Source: Escherichia phage vB_EcoM-ZQ3
Strand: one strand, 5' to 3'
Sequence record: MW630116.1
DNA length: 64,000 nucleotides
Shown: one piece after another, positions 13,157-24,299 of the stretch
Layout: the number at the start of each line of letters is the position of its first letter
Position numbering within the stretch: position 1 is the stretch's first letter
The notes under the pieces: generated by a model
What the model saw: only the letters and a program-made list of their open reading frames with translations
What the model was told of the DNA's origin: nothing
Database searches by the model: none
Program-made: the position numbers and the translations under genes

Positions 13157-16100
13157 CTAATTTAACCTGTGGTGGATTCACGGGGTCTCTTGGATTTCCT
13201 ACATTATCGATTAACCGTTGTTCAACCAAATCTCTAAATCTAGAGAATGTTGTTCCGGACGCATCAAATAATGGGCTCATCAGTTTACGTCGTTCCGATG
13301 GAAGTTGACCTTGAAATATGGAGTTATTGTTTTCAGCGTTATAATCTTCAGGCAATGGATAATCTTGACCAGCCATAGGGCCTATTTCATATATCGCTTC
13401 ACCTGTAATAGGGTCAAACTCAACATTTCCTTGTGGGTCTAATTTAGCCACTCGGTCTGCATATTTAGTCGGTAATCCAGAATCCCACTTATAGTTTTTG
13501 TATTTATTAATAATGGTTTCAACATGTTTAAGTGTTAATCCGGTGTTAATAAACATTGTGAGAAGGGTAATTGCGATAAATCCAAATCCAACCGGATGAA
13601 CAAAACGTAATACGTCTGATTTCCAACGAGATGATGGAAGTTTAGATTTAATCTTCATTACGTAGTATGCTCTACCACGATTTATGTAATCGATGTTGTT
13701 CTGAGAAAGCTCCTTACCTTTAATACCACGAACAATTTCACCTTCAAAACTAGGGAGTCTTTCAGCTTTAACTTCCTGACCTTGAATTAAACGACCTAAG
13801 AGGTTGTGAATTGTTACAGTCCATTGTAATTTACCTTTAGAGTAACTTCTCTCGATATACGTTACATTACAACGTCCTGTAGCGGTGTATATGGTTTGTC
13901 CGACCAAATCTTCTGTCAACGAATCAGATTCAATGATGATATCATATTCGGTCCCGGAACTAGATTCAATTTCAATTTCAACATCTTCGTTATAAAGCAC
14001 TTTAAACAAGAATTTATATGATGCTTCAGTTCCTTTAGTTGAATAGAAGTCATAACTTCTTGATTCAAAGAAACGAGACACTAAATCGCGTTTTTCAGCG
14101 TTTAAGTAAATGTTTCGTTTATAAATCTCAGACCATAAATATTCCCACGCATGCTCTTCGCGCGGATATTGATTTTTAATAAGATTTAAAAGGTTGTTAT
14201 AATGGGTCCCATAGCCGTCAGAAAGATACTGAATATAAGCCTCGCAGAATGCTTCGAAGTTTGTATTATCTAAAAGATAAGACTCTGGCATCATTGTAGT
14301 GAGCAATGGACGTAAATCCGGGTCCGCAATACCATTCTCTTCCACAGGAGTCCATGTGGTATCTTTTTCTTGGTTTTGTAATGATGCTGTTAAGAATATA
14401 TTAGTAGGCTTCCAAATTATAGAAACATTATCTCTAACACGATAACTAAAATCATAATAAGAAATAATCTCACCTGATGCTTTATAGAAAATCATGCCAG
14501 ATGCATATTTTTTAAATCCGGTGAAATCTACGTTAGGCATCACTATTGTACAGTCACCGTCATTCCAATATTCATGAACTTCACGGTCTGAAGAACTAAG
14601 TGGATGATTCTCAATAACCTTAGTGTAAAGTAAATCAGAATAAATTACAACGGCTTTGTCTGAGTTATTAATCCAACACCGAGTACCAGACTTTCTAGAA
14701 TAACTAAAGAATGGCTCAGCATAGTATTCCATCGGTTGAGGAGTGAACGATTCCCATTGAGAGTCTTCAGTTGAAATAAATGACATCATATGATAATGTT
14801 TATCAGCCAACCATTCGCGAGGATACTCGTATTTAACAGCACCGATTAAACCGTACTTGACTTGTGTTTTTGGGTCATCAACAATATCTGATTCTAAAAA
14901 TTTAAAATTACTAGATGAAATAGATAACTCAACACCATCAGTAGACATACTGGTGTACCCAGGTTCAATACGACGGCGTTCTTCTTCAGTATTACCAAAC
15001 ACACGTTTAAATGTGCCAGCGTCATGGTCTAGAACGTAAACACCCTTATCAACAGAATCAACAATAGGAGTGGTCCTCGGGTCGTCGTTAAGATTAACAA
15101 CTTCGCCGATAATCAGTGCAAATATTTTACCACCGACAGAATCCATTTTATAGCAAACTGCCTTAGGGTTACCTGTGATGTTAAATGTTTCTTGTTCAAA
15201 CAAACGTTCGGAATATGTCGGAGATAATGGGTCTGAATCAATAGGGGCATTACTAGTTTTAATAAAACGAACTTTATCTCGAGCAGCAACGTATACATAA
15301 TCGTCATTGCAAACGATAGCTTCTGCAATACGTGATACGTTAGCAGGTAATGATGCATAGTTACCAAATATTTCTACATCAAATCCTAAATTTAACTGGT
15401 CACCAATTTTAGCAAATGTTATATCTTGAGAACTAAATCTCACATCATCAGCAGACCAACGAACGTCAGTTGATTTACGGCCGTAAAATAATTTATCATA
15501 CCCAAGAACATACGTGGTGTGATCTGTCTGGTAATACACTGTTCTTGATACAGGGTACCCTACACGGTCATTAAACAATTTAACCGATTTCCAGGTTTGT
15601 CCCTTATCATTAGAGACTTTAACCACAGGCTGATACCGTTCAAACAAATAAAGAATTCCTTCGGATTCCATCAAATAAACACGGTTTATATCATGACACA
15701 CCTGTTGAATCGAACCTTGAATTTCATGATACTCATTTTCGCCAATAATGAAATTTTTAATAGATGAAATATCAGCATAAGCAGGGCTAAATTGGAACGA
15801 TTCATTCATTAGAGCTGCCATTATAGTGTCGTTATTAAAATCGACATAAGCCATGTTGTTATTTGTAAATTTTTCTCTAATAAAAGTGTTAGCCAATTGC
15901 ATTTCAATCATATGTTGAAATGTATAAGCGTTGGTCTGAAATGATTCAAATATTTCGGTATATACCCAATCAGATCTCTCGAAGCCTTCAGCGGCAGTTG
16001 ATACACGAATAATATAAGAAGTTAATGGGTCTAAGCTATTTTCGAACCAGTCGCTATTAGGAGTATATCCTAAATTTACCCATCTGTAGCTGGCAGGGGG

Positions 16101-16247
16101 AATTATTTCCCCGTCTGCCGTTTTAGTCTCAGCGATTTCTACGAAATAGTAGAAATTAGCACCAACGTCATCCCAGCGTATTTGAACTTGGTTAGCGGAC
16201 AACTTGGATATTCTGAGACTTGTGACTGCTGGCGCTTTTACTGTCAT
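13149..16247 (-). CDS. 7: Baseplate wedge initiator gp7
   Basis: 1032 aa, same length as T4 gp7; synteny. Confidence 0.9.
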   Translation of the reverse strand: MTVKAPAVTSLRISKLSANQVQIRWDDVGANFYYFVEIAETKTADGEIIPPASYRWVNLGYTPNSDWFENSLDPLTSYIIRVSTAAEGFERSDWVYTEIFESFQTNAYTFQHMIEMQLANTFIREKFTNNNMAYVDFNNDTIMAALMNESFQFSPAYADISSIKNFIIGENEYHEIQGSIQQVCHDINRVYLMESEGILYLFERYQPVVKVSNDKGQTWKSVKLFNDRVGYPVSRTVYYQTDHTTYVLGYDKLFYGRKSTDVRWSADDVRFSSQDITFAKIGDQLNLGFDVEIFGNYASLPANVSRIAEAIVCNDDYVYVAARDKVRFIKTSNAPIDSDPLSPTYSERLFEQETFNITGNPKAVCYKMDSVGGKIFALIIGEVVNLNDDPRTTPIVDSVDKGVYVLDHDAGTFKRVFGNTEEERRRIEPGYTSMSTDGVELSISSSNFKFLESDIVDDPKTQVKYGLIGAVKYEYPREWLADKHYHMMSFISTEDSQWESFTPQPMEYYAEPFFSYSRKSGTRCWINNSDKAVVIYSDLLYTKVIENHPLSSSDREVHEYWNDGDCTIVMPNVDFTGFKKYASGMIFYKASGEIISYYDFSYRVRDNVSIIWKPTNIFLTASLQNQEKDTTWTPVEENGIADPDLRPLLTTMMPESYLLDNTNFEAFCEAYIQYLSDGYGTHYNNLLNLIKNQYPREEHAWEYLWSEIYKRNIYLNAEKRDLVSRFFESRSYDFYSTKGTEASYKFLFKVLYNEDVEIEIESSSGTEYDIIIESDSLTEDLVGQTIYTATGRCNVTYIERSYSKGKLQWTVTIHNLLGRLIQGQEVKAERLPSFEGEIVRGIKGKELSQNNIDYINRGRAYYVMKIKSKLPSSRWKSDVLRFVHPVGFGFIAITLLTMFINTGLTLKHVETIINKYKNYKWDSGLPTKYADRVAKLDPQGNVEFDPITGEAIYEIGPMAGQDYPLPEDYNAENNNSIFQGQLPSERRKLMSPLFDASGTTFSRFRDLVEQRLIDNVGNPRDPVNPPQVKLDE

Positions 16248-18217
16248 TGTGAAATAGGCTCCAAATCTATAGTTAAGTACTGAGGACGTAAGTCATTTTC
16301 GAATACGATTAAAGAACCATCCTTTGTAAAAATAATATCATCTGCAGGGTCGGAATAAAGTTCAATTGTTTGAACTTCAAAACGGTCTGAAGTGAGGTCA
16401 ATTTTAGCAATGTTCCAATAAATCGAATCGGCGGGATAATTCACTTCACCAATTGAATAGTATTTGTTTCGTCCGTCAGTAACAGTAAGTTTATTAAAAT
16501 CATTACCTGTATAAGGTTGTATATTTTCGTTTTCAACAACATCGCCGTCTGCAAATGGACCGATAATAACTTGACCTATGCCACGGTCATTACGGTCAGA
16601 AGATACTATGCGAACACCATATTTAATAGTTTCGTTTGCATTTTCTGGATTAGGTCTGTGCGAATCAAACGAGAATATATTAGATTCCATCGATCTATCT
16701 TTAATCTGATTATTGTATTTAATACCGGCCTCAGGCGTTTTATAGAAGTTTTGTACTTCGCGAACCATTTGAATAGTAGCTGAAGAACCAATAATAGAAA
16801 TATCTGCATCATCGACATAAGTTAGCATTTTAGATTTTGCAAATGATGAGTTAAAAATTTCTACATCTTCAATATAATAACGGTCTATTTTATTAATAAT
16901 CTGCCCTTCAAGATATTGTTCTGATTCTTGGAGTTTATTCAACGCGTACGTAACTTTGATATTCATTTTGATAAACAAATAATCAGGCGAAATAACAACA
17001 GGTGTAATAGTCCCTAAGTTATAATCATTTAAATAGTTTTTGATATCATCACGTTGAACAGAAGTCAAATACAACCCAGACTTAGGTTTAGCAGCAATAA
17101 ATGCGTACCCTGGTTTAGATGAATCTGTGAATGTTTGAACCGCTTGAATAATAGAACCAAACCGCTCAGAGACGAATGTGTCATAGTCGGAAGCTGTTAC
17201 ACAACGTTGTTGAGTTTCGCGTTTAATTGTGCCTAATTCGCGGATACGTTCAATATCTTCAGGGTCGCCACCACCATCAGCCCCAACAAAGTCTGGGTTA
17301 TTGCTAGGATTCTCGTTAATACCGATTACCGTGATATTAGCTAATGTATCAGCATAAGAAAATCCTACAGCACCGTTAGCATCTGCGCCGTTAGTAGAAA
17401 TATACTCAATTACGATTTTAGAACCCTGAACAGGTTTAAGGCCGCCAATGTAGTTAGATGTTAACGCACCTTCTGATGTGTTAATAGAGATTTCGCCTTC
17501 ACCAAAATAAAATTCAGTGTTCCCATCAACTGTTTCACGCATATAATAGATTGTTGACGTAGAACCAGCGTGAACCATCGACTTACGAGTCCAGTTAATC
17601 CATTCTGCTCCGTCAACATACAACTTAACCAAATTACGGTCAATATTCTTATCACGAATAATGATAGGTTTTAATCTATCAAATGTTAATTCAGTGCGAA
17701 CAATACGTCCTTGAGCTAATCGAAGACGTGGAAAATATTGGTTATTTTTGTCTTTAACTACAATGACATCTTCAGTAGAAACAAAGTTATACGGGTTAAC
17801 AGAAGTATCTTTAGCGTATGCTAAGAAACGAGTGCCACGTGGAATGGTGATATAGTTTCTATTTAATGCATCCGTACATGTGAGCATAATTTCTGTTTGT
17901 GCTGCTGATTTAGATGAAGGCAGATATCCGTTATCTTGAGCCGCTTGTACAACAGAACTACGCAAGTTTGCAGTACGCATAAAACTTTCATACACTGCAC
18001 TATTACTGAACTGTTGGATGTAAAGAGTGTTATATGCTAAAAGGTCACATAATACGTTTAAACGCGAACCTTCAAAATCATAATCAAGAAATTCATTCTG
18101 TCCATTGAGCCATTCGATAATGTTCTGTTTGATTTCGGCAAATGTGCCCCCGATAAAAATCTCGGGAATAGCATTCGCTGTTCGGGTTAATTGATAATTT
18201 ACAGGAGTGTTTGCCAT
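16244..18217 (-). CDS. 6: Baseplate wedge protein gp6
   Basis: T4 gp6-like from MANTPVNYQLTRTANAIPEIF; the track ORF includes a 19-codon upstream extension. Confidence 0.88.
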   Translation of the reverse strand: MANTPVNYQLTRTANAIPEIFIGGTFAEIKQNIIEWLNGQNEFLDYDFEGSRLNVLCDLLAYNTLYIQQFSNSAVYESFMRTANLRSSVVQAAQDNGYLPSSKSAAQTEIMLTCTDALNRNYITIPRGTRFLAYAKDTSVNPYNFVSTEDVIVVKDKNNQYFPRLRLAQGRIVRTELTFDRLKPIIIRDKNIDRNLVKLYVDGAEWINWTRKSMVHAGSTSTIYYMRETVDGNTEFYFGEGEISINTSEGALTSNYIGGLKPVQGSKIVIEYISTNGADANGAVGFSYADTLANITVIGINENPSNNPDFVGADGGGDPEDIERIRELGTIKRETQQRCVTASDYDTFVSERFGSIIQAVQTFTDSSKPGYAFIAAKPKSGLYLTSVQRDDIKNYLNDYNLGTITPVVISPDYLFIKMNIKVTYALNKLQESEQYLEGQIINKIDRYYIEDVEIFNSSFAKSKMLTYVDDADISIIGSSATIQMVREVQNFYKTPEAGIKYNNQIKDRSMESNIFSFDSHRPNPENANETIKYGVRIVSSDRNDRGIGQVIIGPFADGDVVENENIQPYTGNDFNKLTVTDGRNKYYSIGEVNYPADSIYWNIAKIDLTSDRFEVQTIELYSDPADDIIFTKDGSLIVFENDLRPQYLTIDLEPISQ

Positions 18218-18225
18218 TTTAATTC

Positions 18226-18519
18226 CTATTTTATAAAGACTTTTGACGAGGCCTGAGAAACAGTATCCCCGCATGAAATTGGGTCAGCCATTTGAACAGC
18301 CTTTTTACCGGTGACGTATACTTTAGATGTACGAGGTTCAGTAACACCTCCATGAGTCTCGTATGGTTTTTTAATTTCTGTATGAGGTGTTATTTGGTCT
18401 CCTGCCACAAGAACAGGAATACCGCCGGTGAATACTTTAGATTGGGAAGCATTTATTACAGTAGGAGGCCATGCTTCATGACCTGTTGTAACGCACTTGT
18501 CGTAACTTAAGCCAGACAT
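18226..18519 (-). CDS. 5.4: Baseplate spike tip protein gp5.4 (PAAR-like)
   Basis: 97 aa from [19 protein letters not shown]; matches T4 gp5.4. Confidence 0.8.
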   Translation of the reverse strand: MSGLSYDKCVTTGHEAWPPTVINASQSKVFTGGIPVLVAGDQITPHTEIKKPYETHGGVTEPRTSKVYVTGKKAVQMADPISCGDTVSQASSKVFIK

Positions 18520-18521
18520 TT

Positions 18522-19037
18522 TCACGGCCTCACATAAACATAGTTTCGTAATTGTTGAGCCCATTTGCTCCAATTTCCTACTATAGTTTTTGTATAAACC
18601 TTAGTAAGAGTTTTTTGTACTGGAGCCGGTGGAGGTTCTGTACCAGAGGCACTTCTAGAATCGCCTGATGAACTTTCTTCTTGGTAGTTATAAATCATTT
18701 CAACCGTATAACTAAACACTTTACGAAGATTCTGAGGAGCTCTCCACAAATATAACTGTGTGGATTCATCTTTTGGTAAATCATCCCATGAAGATGCGGT
18801 TTCAAAATCGTCATTTAATCGGTATTTCAATGCATCTGAAGAAAAGCTAAACACACTTTCATATGTTCCATATAAACGATTACCATCTACCGTAATGCCT
18901 TGTGTCGGTTCATAATCTGTTATATTTATTGACACTAAAGTTTCGGTTGTTTCTAACTGTGGAGTAAAAAGGACGTCAATAGACGCCCCTTCCATGTCTT
19001 CTCCTAAGTCGGTATTTAAAGGAAGTATATTAGCCAA
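18522..19037 (-). CDS. Hypothetical protein in the position of T4 gene 5.1
   Basis: 171-aa ORF between the endonuclease gene and 5.4; function unknown. Confidence 0.5.
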   Translation of the reverse strand: MANILPLNTDLGEDMEGASIDVLFTPQLETTETLVSINITDYEPTQGITVDGNRLYGTYESVFSFSSDALKYRLNDDFETASSWDDLPKDESTQLYLWRAPQNLRKVFSYTVEMIYNYQEESSSGDSRSASGTEPPPAPVQKTLTKVYTKTIVGNWSKWAQQLRNYVYVRP

Positions 19038-19893
19038 TTACTGAATTCTCCAATGGTGTAAATTTATAATCACATTTTTTCAATGCTTTTAAAATTGCGT
19101 TATAACTTACATCCGGTAGATTATGTTCAATTGCTTTTTCTCTAAACCATTTATATTTCTGCGGATGAGGTTTTCCCAAATCCTCCCAAAGTTTTTTGAC
19201 TTTTTCAATACTAATCCAAGGTTCAACTGATCTTAGTTTTTTATTTCTAGTATCTAATCTTGATTTTCTTATTAAAGGATTATTCCAGGATTTTTTCGTT
19301 CCTTCTATTTTTCCTGGATGATTAATTAATTTGTTTCTATATTCATCGGATTTCCATAAAGATTTGACAGTATTAGAAATACGAATTTTTAATGTGGGAT
19401 CATTTTCAAAAGCAGTTTTCATCGCATTACTCATTTTCTTTCGATATTCCGATTCCGAACATCTAAGTTTATTAATTTTTGAAATTTTTTCTGAAAATTC
19501 TTTTGTAGATTTTCCTTTTGCCAAAGCTTTAAGTTGAGTTTCTCGATACTCAGGATTAGACCACATTCGTTTTAAATCGTTTGAAGAAAATCCATCTCCA
19601 CCGTCTTTTATATTAACACACTGGCCTGTTTTTCTATATTCAGATATCCAAAATTTTTCTCTTTCATTTAAAACATCGAGTGTTGAAACGAATTCGATAA
19701 TTTCGAAATCTATAGCATAGCCTGGTTTGTTTTTAATCTTTTGTATATAATCCCCGCTTCCTACGTAATTATCATCCTCTAGATTAAAATATCTGGATTC
19801 ATGCTTTCCTATATATATTCGAACCAACCCCTTTGGGTTGGTTACTGTTGATTTATAAATGTAACGGAATTGTATGGTTTTGGATTTCTTCAT
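19030..19893 (-). CDS. Putative GIY-YIG homing endonuclease (seg-like) inserted between gene 5 and 5.1
   Basis: N-terminal FRYIYK...GLVRIYIGKH resembles the GIY-YIG motif; repeated W-x-[NS]-[PD]-EYR modules suggest DNA-binding repeats; AT-rich; own late promoter. Confidence 0.6.
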   Translation of the reverse strand: MKKSKTIQFRYIYKSTVTNPKGLVRIYIGKHESRYFNLEDDNYVGSGDYIQKIKNKPGYAIDFEIIEFVSTLDVLNEREKFWISEYRKTGQCVNIKDGGDGFSSNDLKRMWSNPEYRETQLKALAKGKSTKEFSEKISKINKLRCSESEYRKKMSNAMKTAFENDPTLKIRISNTVKSLWKSDEYRNKLINHPGKIEGTKKSWNNPLIRKSRLDTRNKKLRSVEPWISIEKVKKLWEDLGKPHPQKYKWFREKAIEHNLPDVSYNAILKALKKCDYKFTPLENSVIG

Positions 19894-19909
19894 AATTTAC
19901 CTCTGGAAT

Positions 19910-19917
19910 TATTTATA
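19910..19917 (-). promoter_or_regulatory. Late promoter TATAAATA for the seg-like gene, overlapping the gene 5 stop codon
   Basis: Plus strand tatttata; 17 nt upstream of the endonuclease ATG. Confidence 0.45.
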
Positions 19918-21649
19918 ACCCGACATCCACACGGCTACCATCAATTGTGTATTGTCCTGAAGCTACTGAGCTCATTGTAGACATTGTTTCCGCCCAATCC
20001 CCAGCAACAGTCATATCAACATTACCATTAACAGTCCATTTAACGTTTCCGTTGACTGTGTAATCATGATTCCCTTCGACCTGAGTTTTAGCATCGCCTT
20101 TAACAAGAATATCTGCATTTCCGTCAACAACTATTTTGATATTACCCTTAACGTAAAGAGTTCCATCGCCTTCAACAGTTTTAGATTGGTTACCACGAAT
20201 AAAGATTGTATCATTGCCGTCTATTTGATGGAGGCGGTCTGCCATGTTATAATATATTTCATTAGCACCAACGTTAACAAGCTTATCGCCAGAAATCAAG
20301 AAGTTCCCATCGCCATTAGTGATGTCAAAAAGGTCTTCTACAGTTTTACGAGTACGTCGCCCAGACGGAGAAACTTCCTCATATGACCCTGTTGGATGAA
20401 CTAAGCGATAACGTTCATTACCTGGAGTATCGTCAAATTCTTGGATATGACCGCTTTCTGTTTCCATAGCATGAACGTATGGATACTCACCACGATAACT
20501 TGATTCAGGTTCTTTAAAAAGGATACGTGAATCTAACGGAACAGGAGGACCAGCTGGGTCTTCTGGATCGGTATTTCTAGTAACTAAATCGGCACCAACT
20601 CCTGGTGAAGGTGGTGTTTTAACAGGAACGCCATATGATTCCATGTTACCGGTTAAAATAATTGTTGTTACACGTGAAGCACGCCCTTTAGTCTGTTGGA
20701 ACCATAATGAATCACGTCCGGATTTGTATGCGGTTTTCCAATCACCTGTGGCCATTGCTTTAAGCATAGTATTGAATTTTGCTACACCACCAACGCCCAT
20801 CTGGAAGCACATGTTTTCTAATGCCATTTGGCGAGATCTGTTCATTTTAGCATAAACAGGACCTACTTTAGAATTAGAACGAATGTCTTTCTGCATCTTA
20901 GCAAGGTCCTTCTCAAATAACGCTGTTGCTTCTTCTAATGTAATAGTTCCCGGATTTCCTGTTACTTCACGCCCTACTTGATCAGATAACAATTTATTAA
21001 TTCGAGACATATCTCGGGTTTTTTCCATTACTATAAGATGTCCAATACCTACTGTAGGATACCCGAGATGGTCCCAATACACTTTATCACGAAGACCTTC
21101 GTCACGACGTAACATTTCTGTTATTGTAAAATTAGGGTCATCATCTTCTGGAATATTTGCTAAATCTGTATCGTCTGGGTTTATACCATAATCCAAGTTG
21201 TTATCTTGAATTACGTTAGAGTTCGAATAATAACCAGCTTCACCACCTTGGTTTAGTACGTTCGTATCATTACCTAAACGTCGCGGATACTGGCCTGTCG
21301 GGTCTGAAAAACCTTCAAGTCTATTAGGCTTTTCACGTACTATTCCGCCATATGTACCAAGTACAATCCCGTTTGTTTTCCATTTGTCTAAGAAATGACC
21401 ATATACTCGAGTTCCTTCAACAGGACCTGTAACAGAACCACCAATACCTGACATTGATGCAGACGTAATAGGTTGAATAACAGTCATCCATGGAAGTTTT
21501 TCTGTAGGAATACCTTGTACATCACCTTGTGTTCTCTGCGCCGGATGAAGACCAACGACTCGAACTCGAACTCGCCCTTGTTTTAATGGGTCCATTCTGT
21601 CCTCGACAACACCCACGAACCAATTAAGGCTACTGCTAATCATTTCCAT
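19913..21649 (-). CDS. 5: Baseplate hub / cell-puncturing protein gp5 with tail lysozyme domain
   Basis: 578 aa; lysozyme-like core (GYPTVGIGHLI...) and C-terminal beta-helix repeats as in T4 gp5. Confidence 0.9.
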   Translation of the reverse strand: MEMISSSLNWFVGVVEDRMDPLKQGRVRVRVVGLHPAQRTQGDVQGIPTEKLPWMTVIQPITSASMSGIGGSVTGPVEGTRVYGHFLDKWKTNGIVLGTYGGIVREKPNRLEGFSDPTGQYPRRLGNDTNVLNQGGEAGYYSNSNVIQDNNLDYGINPDDTDLANIPEDDDPNFTITEMLRRDEGLRDKVYWDHLGYPTVGIGHLIVMEKTRDMSRINKLLSDQVGREVTGNPGTITLEEATALFEKDLAKMQKDIRSNSKVGPVYAKMNRSRQMALENMCFQMGVGGVAKFNTMLKAMATGDWKTAYKSGRDSLWFQQTKGRASRVTTIILTGNMESYGVPVKTPPSPGVGADLVTRNTDPEDPAGPPVPLDSRILFKEPESSYRGEYPYVHAMETESGHIQEFDDTPGNERYRLVHPTGSYEEVSPSGRRTRKTVEDLFDITNGDGNFLISGDKLVNVGANEIYYNMADRLHQIDGNDTIFIRGNQSKTVEGDGTLYVKGNIKIVVDGNADILVKGDAKTQVEGNHDYTVNGNVKWTVNGNVDMTVAGDWAETMSTMSSVASGQYTIDGSRVDVGL

Positions 21650-22224
21650 TATGCAATCTCCATCTCACGAATCAAATCTGTGATAAACGAGTTTATATCT
21701 TCTTTTGCAACAATTTTTATTTTACGAAGTTTTTCATTATCTAATACTGCCGCTTCATAAGTATCTACTGCAGCTAAAGGTCCTTTATATTGCGGATACT
21801 TACGAGCTTCATCACCTTTATCGTACCACACTAAAGGCTCGTCCGGATATGAAACCAAATTGTAAAATTTCTCACGGTTTTCATTAATATGATAAAGAAT
21901 TTGGTCGCCGCCAGCATTAGCATATTTCTGAATAGACGCTTGATATGCTGCTTCCTGAGATGTAATCCAACCATAATACGGATCATAGTTGTCATTACAC
22001 ATCAAAAGGACCCAGTATAATTGAGGATTGCCATAAATTATATTTGCTAGTTCTTCAGGACGCGGAGAGCCTTTAATATAATAAGAACGTAATCTATAAT
22101 TGGCAGCAACACGCTTAAAGTACTCTTTATAGTTACGAAATATGTCTGTCATAGGAATAGTAGGTGCGTTCTTATTAACTGTTTTAGCACTATATCCTAT
22201 TGGGTCGAAGAATGTAAATAACAA
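21649..22224 (-). CDS. 53: Baseplate wedge protein gp53
   Basis: 191 aa; synteny and sequence; apparent TTG start 6 nt after AAGGAG, no in-frame ATG near the N-terminus. Confidence 0.78.
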   Translation of the reverse strand: MLFTFFDPIGYSAKTVNKNAPTIPMTDIFRNYKEYFKRVAANYRLRSYYIKGSPRPEELANIIYGNPQLYWVLLMCNDNYDPYYGWITSQEAAYQASIQKYANAGGDQILYHINENREKFYNLVSYPDEPLVWYDKGDEARKYPQYKGPLAAVDTYEAAVLDNEKLRKIKIVAKEDINSFITDLIREMEIA

Positions 22225-22251
22225 GATAGTCTCCTTCCAATATGAAATTGG

Positions 22252-22259
22252 TATAAATA
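22252..22259 (+). promoter_or_regulatory. Late promoter TATAAATA for gene 4
   Basis: Exact consensus 27 nt upstream of the gp4 ATG. Confidence 0.5.
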
Positions 22260-22266
22260 ATAATAC

Positions 22267-22274
22267 TATTTATA
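22267..22274 (-). promoter_or_regulatory. Late promoter TATAAATA for gene 53 (divergent from the gene 4 promoter)
   Basis: Plus strand tatttata in the 53/4 intergenic region. Confidence 0.5.
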
Positions 22275-22285
22275 AGGAGGACAAC

Positions 22286-22735
22286 ATGGCCTACTCTGGT
22301 AAATGGGTCCCAAAAAATTTAAAAAAATACCGTGGAGACCATACCAAAATAACGTATCGTTCAAACTGGGAAAAATTCTTTTTCGAATGGTTGGATAAAA
22401 ATCCAGAAATTATTGCATGGGGTAGTGAAACAGCAGTAATTCCATATTTTTGTAATGCTGAAGGTAAGAAACGTCGATACTATATGGACATATGGATGAA
22501 AGATGCATCAGGTCAAGAGTTCTTTGTAGAAATAAAACCAAAGAAAGAAACTCAACCACCTATTAAGCCTGTAAATCTTACGACCGCAGCAAAGAAACGT
22601 TATATGAATGAAATATATACCTGGTCTGTGAACTGTGATAAATGGAAAGCTGCCTCAGCTGTTGCTGAAAAGAGAAATATAAAATTCCGAGTTCTAACCG
22701 AAGATGGTCTTAGAAAACTCGGATACAAGGGGTAA
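22286..22735 (+). CDS. 4: Head completion protein gp4
   Basis: 150 aa from [11 protein letters not shown]; T4 gp4-like; AAGGAGG RBS. Confidence 0.85.
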   Translation: MAYSGKWVPKNLKKYRGDHTKITYRSNWEKFFFEWLDKNPEIIAWGSETAVIPYFCNAEGKKRRYYMDIWMKDASGQEFFVEIKPKKETQPPIKPVNLTTAAKKRYMNEIYTWSVNCDKWKAASAVAEKRNIKFRVLTEDGLRKLGYKG

Positions 22736-22737
22736 TT

Positions 22738-23559
22738 ATGAGCATATTCAAAATTATATCTGAAGGCGTACAAGCCCCTAAGATTGCTCAGTCTATGAAT
22801 GAAAGAAAATGGATTGAGATAGGATTAGAATACAAGAAAGCTAAAGAGAAAGGAATCACTGCAAAAGCATTTGCAGAATCAAAAGGAATAAAATACTCGT
22901 CGTTTACATCTGCAATGTCTAGATATGCATCATCTATTAAGACTGCACAGAAAATTGAAACGCTTGAATCTAAACCTAAAAATAAACTCAATAAGCAAGA
23001 ACGTCAACTTCTGATGATAAACTCGTTTCGCAGTTCAATACGAGAAAAGATTAGAAATGAAGGCGCAGCAGTAAACAACAAATCATCTAAATGGTTTATT
23101 GAAACAATTAAGAAAAGTGTAAAAGGTCATAAAGTAGTCAAGCCTACTCCAGGCAAAATTTATACTTACGTGTATGATGCTAAACATAAAGATACTCTGC
23201 CGTATTGGGACAGATATCCTTTGATTATTTATTTAGGATTGGGTAAACATAATTTGATGTATGGGTTAAACTTGCACTATATCCCACCTAAAGCGCGACA
23301 ACAGTTTCTTGAAGAATTGCTGAAGCAATATGCTAGCACAACTACTATTACTAATAACACGAAGTTGAAGATAGACTGGAGCAAGGTGAAAGGATTTCAA
23401 GGTGCTGACAAAATGATTAAAGCATATCTGCCAGGTCACATTAGAGGAACAATAACAGAAATAGCTCCCAAAGACTGGGCTAACATAATCATGTTACCTA
23501 CCCAGCAGTTTATGTCAAAAGGAAAACGTTTCTCTGCGAATACTGTTTGGAAATCTTAA
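22738..23559 (+). CDS. 2: DNA end protector protein gp2 (by synteny and size)
   Basis: 273 aa between gp4 and gp3, as in T4. Confidence 0.7.
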   Translation: MSIFKIISEGVQAPKIAQSMNERKWIEIGLEYKKAKEKGITAKAFAESKGIKYSSFTSAMSRYASSIKTAQKIETLESKPKNKLNKQERQLLMINSFRSSIREKIRNEGAAVNNKSSKWFIETIKKSVKGHKVVKPTPGKIYTYVYDAKHKDTLPYWDRYPLIIYLGLGKHNLMYGLNLHYIPPKARQQFLEELLKQYASTTTITNNTKLKIDWSKVKGFQGADKMIKAYLPGHIRGTITEIAPKDWANIIMLPTQQFMSKGKRFSANTVWKS

Positions 23560-23661
23560 TTCTATTCTCTTCCGTTCTTCTGATATTCTGTTGAACCGGA
23601 TTAATGGAAGAGACCTAAAACCATTATACTGCATTTTTATTAAAGCGTTTTTGAGGTGCTT

Positions 23662-24246
23662 ATGACTCGTCCAGCGAGACAGATTTTTAACCAAACAAAT
23701 ATAACAAACTTTGTTGTGGATATCCCGGATAGTACACGAACGTCAGGTTTTGTGCTCAATGCCCAAACGGCTCCATTGCCAGGTGTGAGAATTCCTGTTG
23801 TTGAAACTGTGACAGGCACAATGGGGTTAGGACGTGCAATGCGTGCAGGCACCACATTTGAATACGACCCTTTTGTTGTACGATTTATAGTTGATGAAGA
23901 CATGACGTCCTGGATGAACATGTATAAATGGATGCTCAGCACTAATAACTATATAACCGGACATAATACGGCCCACTCCGATGGTCCTGAGTTTGTTACT
24001 TTGCACATTTTAAACAACAATAAGACAGAAGTAGTTTTGACGGCGAATTTCTATAAACCATGGATTTCTGATTTGAGTGAAATTGAATTTAGTTACACCG
24101 AAGACTCCGACCCTGCCGTTACGTGCGTAGCAACTATTCACTACGCGTATATGACGATAGAAAAGGATGGTGAAGTCATTGTATCTCAACAACCACGTCA
24201 AGCGGTCGAATCTAAATCCATTTCTAGACACCCTTCCTTGCGTTAA
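23662..24246 (+). CDS. 3: Tail tube terminator / tail completion protein gp3
   Basis: ATG after GAGGTG; T4 gp3-like sequence and position; track ORF starts 2 codons upstream at GTG. Confidence 0.7.
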   Translation: MTRPARQIFNQTNITNFVVDIPDSTRTSGFVLNAQTAPLPGVRIPVVETVTGTMGLGRAMRAGTTFEYDPFVVRFIVDEDMTSWMNMYKWMLSTNNYITGHNTAHSDGPEFVTLHILNNNKTEVVLTANFYKPWISDLSEIEFSYTEDSDPAVTCVATIHYAYMTIEKDGEVIVSQQPRQAVESKSISRHPSLR

Positions 24247-24299
24247 TCGCTTCTAGCTCCGTATGTTATAATCACTCATAAATTATATGAGGAAAACCT

